A program made the position numbers and the translations under genes. DNA of 44,823 nucleotides from Actinomycetota bacterium. Lineage in GTDB: Bacteria; Actinomycetota; Actinomycetes; Nanopelagicales; Nanopelagicaceae. Below are positions 44,111 through 44,823 of this stretch, piece after piece. Numbering within the stretch: position 1 is the stretch's first letter; each line of letters begins with the position of its first letter. The notes beneath the pieces are model-generated. The model saw only the letters and a list, made by a program, of their open reading frames with translations. It searched no databases and had not been told where the DNA came from. Where the stretch lies: the NCBI GenBank assembly GCA_039800785.1, contig JBDLPY010000024.1:1-44823 (forward strand), read 5' to 3'.

Positions 44111-44823
44111 CTACTTCGAATCGCTGCGTGAAATAAGGAGTCGTCCAACACGATGTCCTTCAAGAGTTAATACGACGATGCGAATTCCATTGATATTCAC
44201 CACATCGTGCTCTTTTGGCATCCGGCCTAAGAAATGCATGACAAATCCGCTAACAGTTTCGTAAGGACCATCTGGAATTTCAATTCCGGTTTGATCATGT
44301 AAATCTGTAAGCGAAGTTAATCCATCAATTTCGATATCACCGGTTCTTGATTCCGTTGAAATTTCACCTTCCGCGTCATCGTATTCATCTCTGATTTCGC
44401 CAATCAGACATTCAACTAGATTTTCTAACGTGACAATTCCGTCAGTTCCGCCATATTCATCAAGAACAATTGCTAAATGTTGTCGCTGTTCGCGCATTTC
44501 GGTTAAAGCAGGCAGTACTCCTTTTGTTCCAGGCAGGAACATGATTGATCTAGTTAACTCTTGAATTTTGGCATTCGGACTTGCGATATTTGGGTCTAAT
44601 AAATCTCGAACATGAATAAAACCAATAACTTCATCGGTATTTCCACGTACGACGGGATATCTAGAATGTGATTTTTCTACCGCGAGCGCTATTGCTTTGC
44701 TTACTGTTAAAGAAGCATCCATAAACTCAACTTCAGTTCGCGGCACCATAATTTCGCTAACTGCTCGATCGCTTGCATTAAAAACTTCTTCGACAATGTC
44801 GCGTTCTTCCGCAGTTAATGCAG
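44111..44823 (-). CDS. CNNM/CorC/TlyC-family protein (CBS pair + CorC_HlyC domain), 5'-truncated by the window edge
   Basis: My translation upstream of the track's Met continues without a stop to 44823 (..ALTAEERDIVEEVFNASDRAVSEIMVPRTEV..), the typical linker into the CBS pair. The N-terminal DUF21 membrane domain therefore lies outside the window. Confidence 0.85.
   Translation of the reverse strand, partial: ALTAEERDIVEEVFNASDRAVSEIMVPRTEVEFMDASLTVSKAIALAVEKSHSRYPVVRGNTDEVIGFIHVRDLLDPNIASPNAKIQELTRSIMFLPGTKGVLPALTEMREQRQHLAIVLDEYGGTDGIVTLENLVECLIGEIRDEYDDAEGEISTESRTGDIEIDGLTSLTDLHDQTGIEIPDGPYETVSGFVMHFLGRMPKEHDVVNINGIRIVVLTLEGHRVGRLLISRSDSK

Noticed and set aside
1-44823. I scanned for mobile elements, prophage genes, CRISPR arrays, tRNA/rRNA genes, toxin-antitoxin pairs and known defence systems
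   Set aside because: I saw no integrase, transposase or recombinase-like ORF and no terminal inverted or long direct repeats. There is no repeat-spacer periodicity and no intergenic gap large enough for a tRNA or known riboswitch. Every ORF of substantial length has a housekeeping-type assignment or is a conserved actinobacterial hypothetical. This was a visual scan only. tRNAscan/Infernal and defence-system HMMs would be the decisive checks.

Overview
This window is a dense, almost gap-free core-genome segment from a streamlined actinobacterium with roughly mid-40s % GC by eye. The lineage call is an inference from WhiB1/WhiB2, MtrAB, AccD5/AccE5/AccA3, an LmbE/MshB-type deacetylase and the actinobacterial families I recall as DUF3499, DUF3117 and DUF3107. 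I call about 50 protein genes. By my calls only about 0.9 kb (about 2%) is non-coding, the longest gap is about 90-120 nt, and many neighbouring genes share ATGA or TAATG stop/start overlaps. Gene order follows two Mycobacterium tuberculosis neighbourhoods recalled from memory, Rv3219-Rv3285 (whiB1, pdtaS, secA, mtrAB, sahH, manB, whiB2, birA, accD5, accA3) and Rv1170-Rv1232 (mshB, fdx, dapD, LOG, tatB, mrp). Here the two are fused and pruned. By eye I find no rRNA, tRNA, IS element, prophage, CRISPR array, toxin-antitoxin pair or recognisable defence island, so this is not an accessory region. The candidates most worth a second look are as follows. (1) A translationally coupled four-gene operon at 319-3633: a SAF/CpaB-like membrane anchor, a lysine-less CpaE/TadZ/Ssd-like P-loop protein, a very acidic 115-aa protein and the PdtaS kinase. 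It has no Tad secretion genes, and a 16-bp perfect palindrome sits in its promoter region. (2) A PRC-barrel/MgtE_N/CBS cytosolic protein coupled to a DUF1003 membrane protein, which may be a split MgtE-like module. (3) A 999-aa GT2-polytopic membrane fusion plus a secreted partner, embedded between GDP-mannose supply genes and whiB2. (4) A PurK homologue that has lost its ATP-grasp B domain and catalytic motif. (5) A stand-alone sigma-70 region-4 mini-protein next to a 59-aa conserved ORF missing from the supplied ORF track. (6) mtrA-mtrB without lpqB. All functional assignments come from motif reading and recalled family knowledge. No searches were run.
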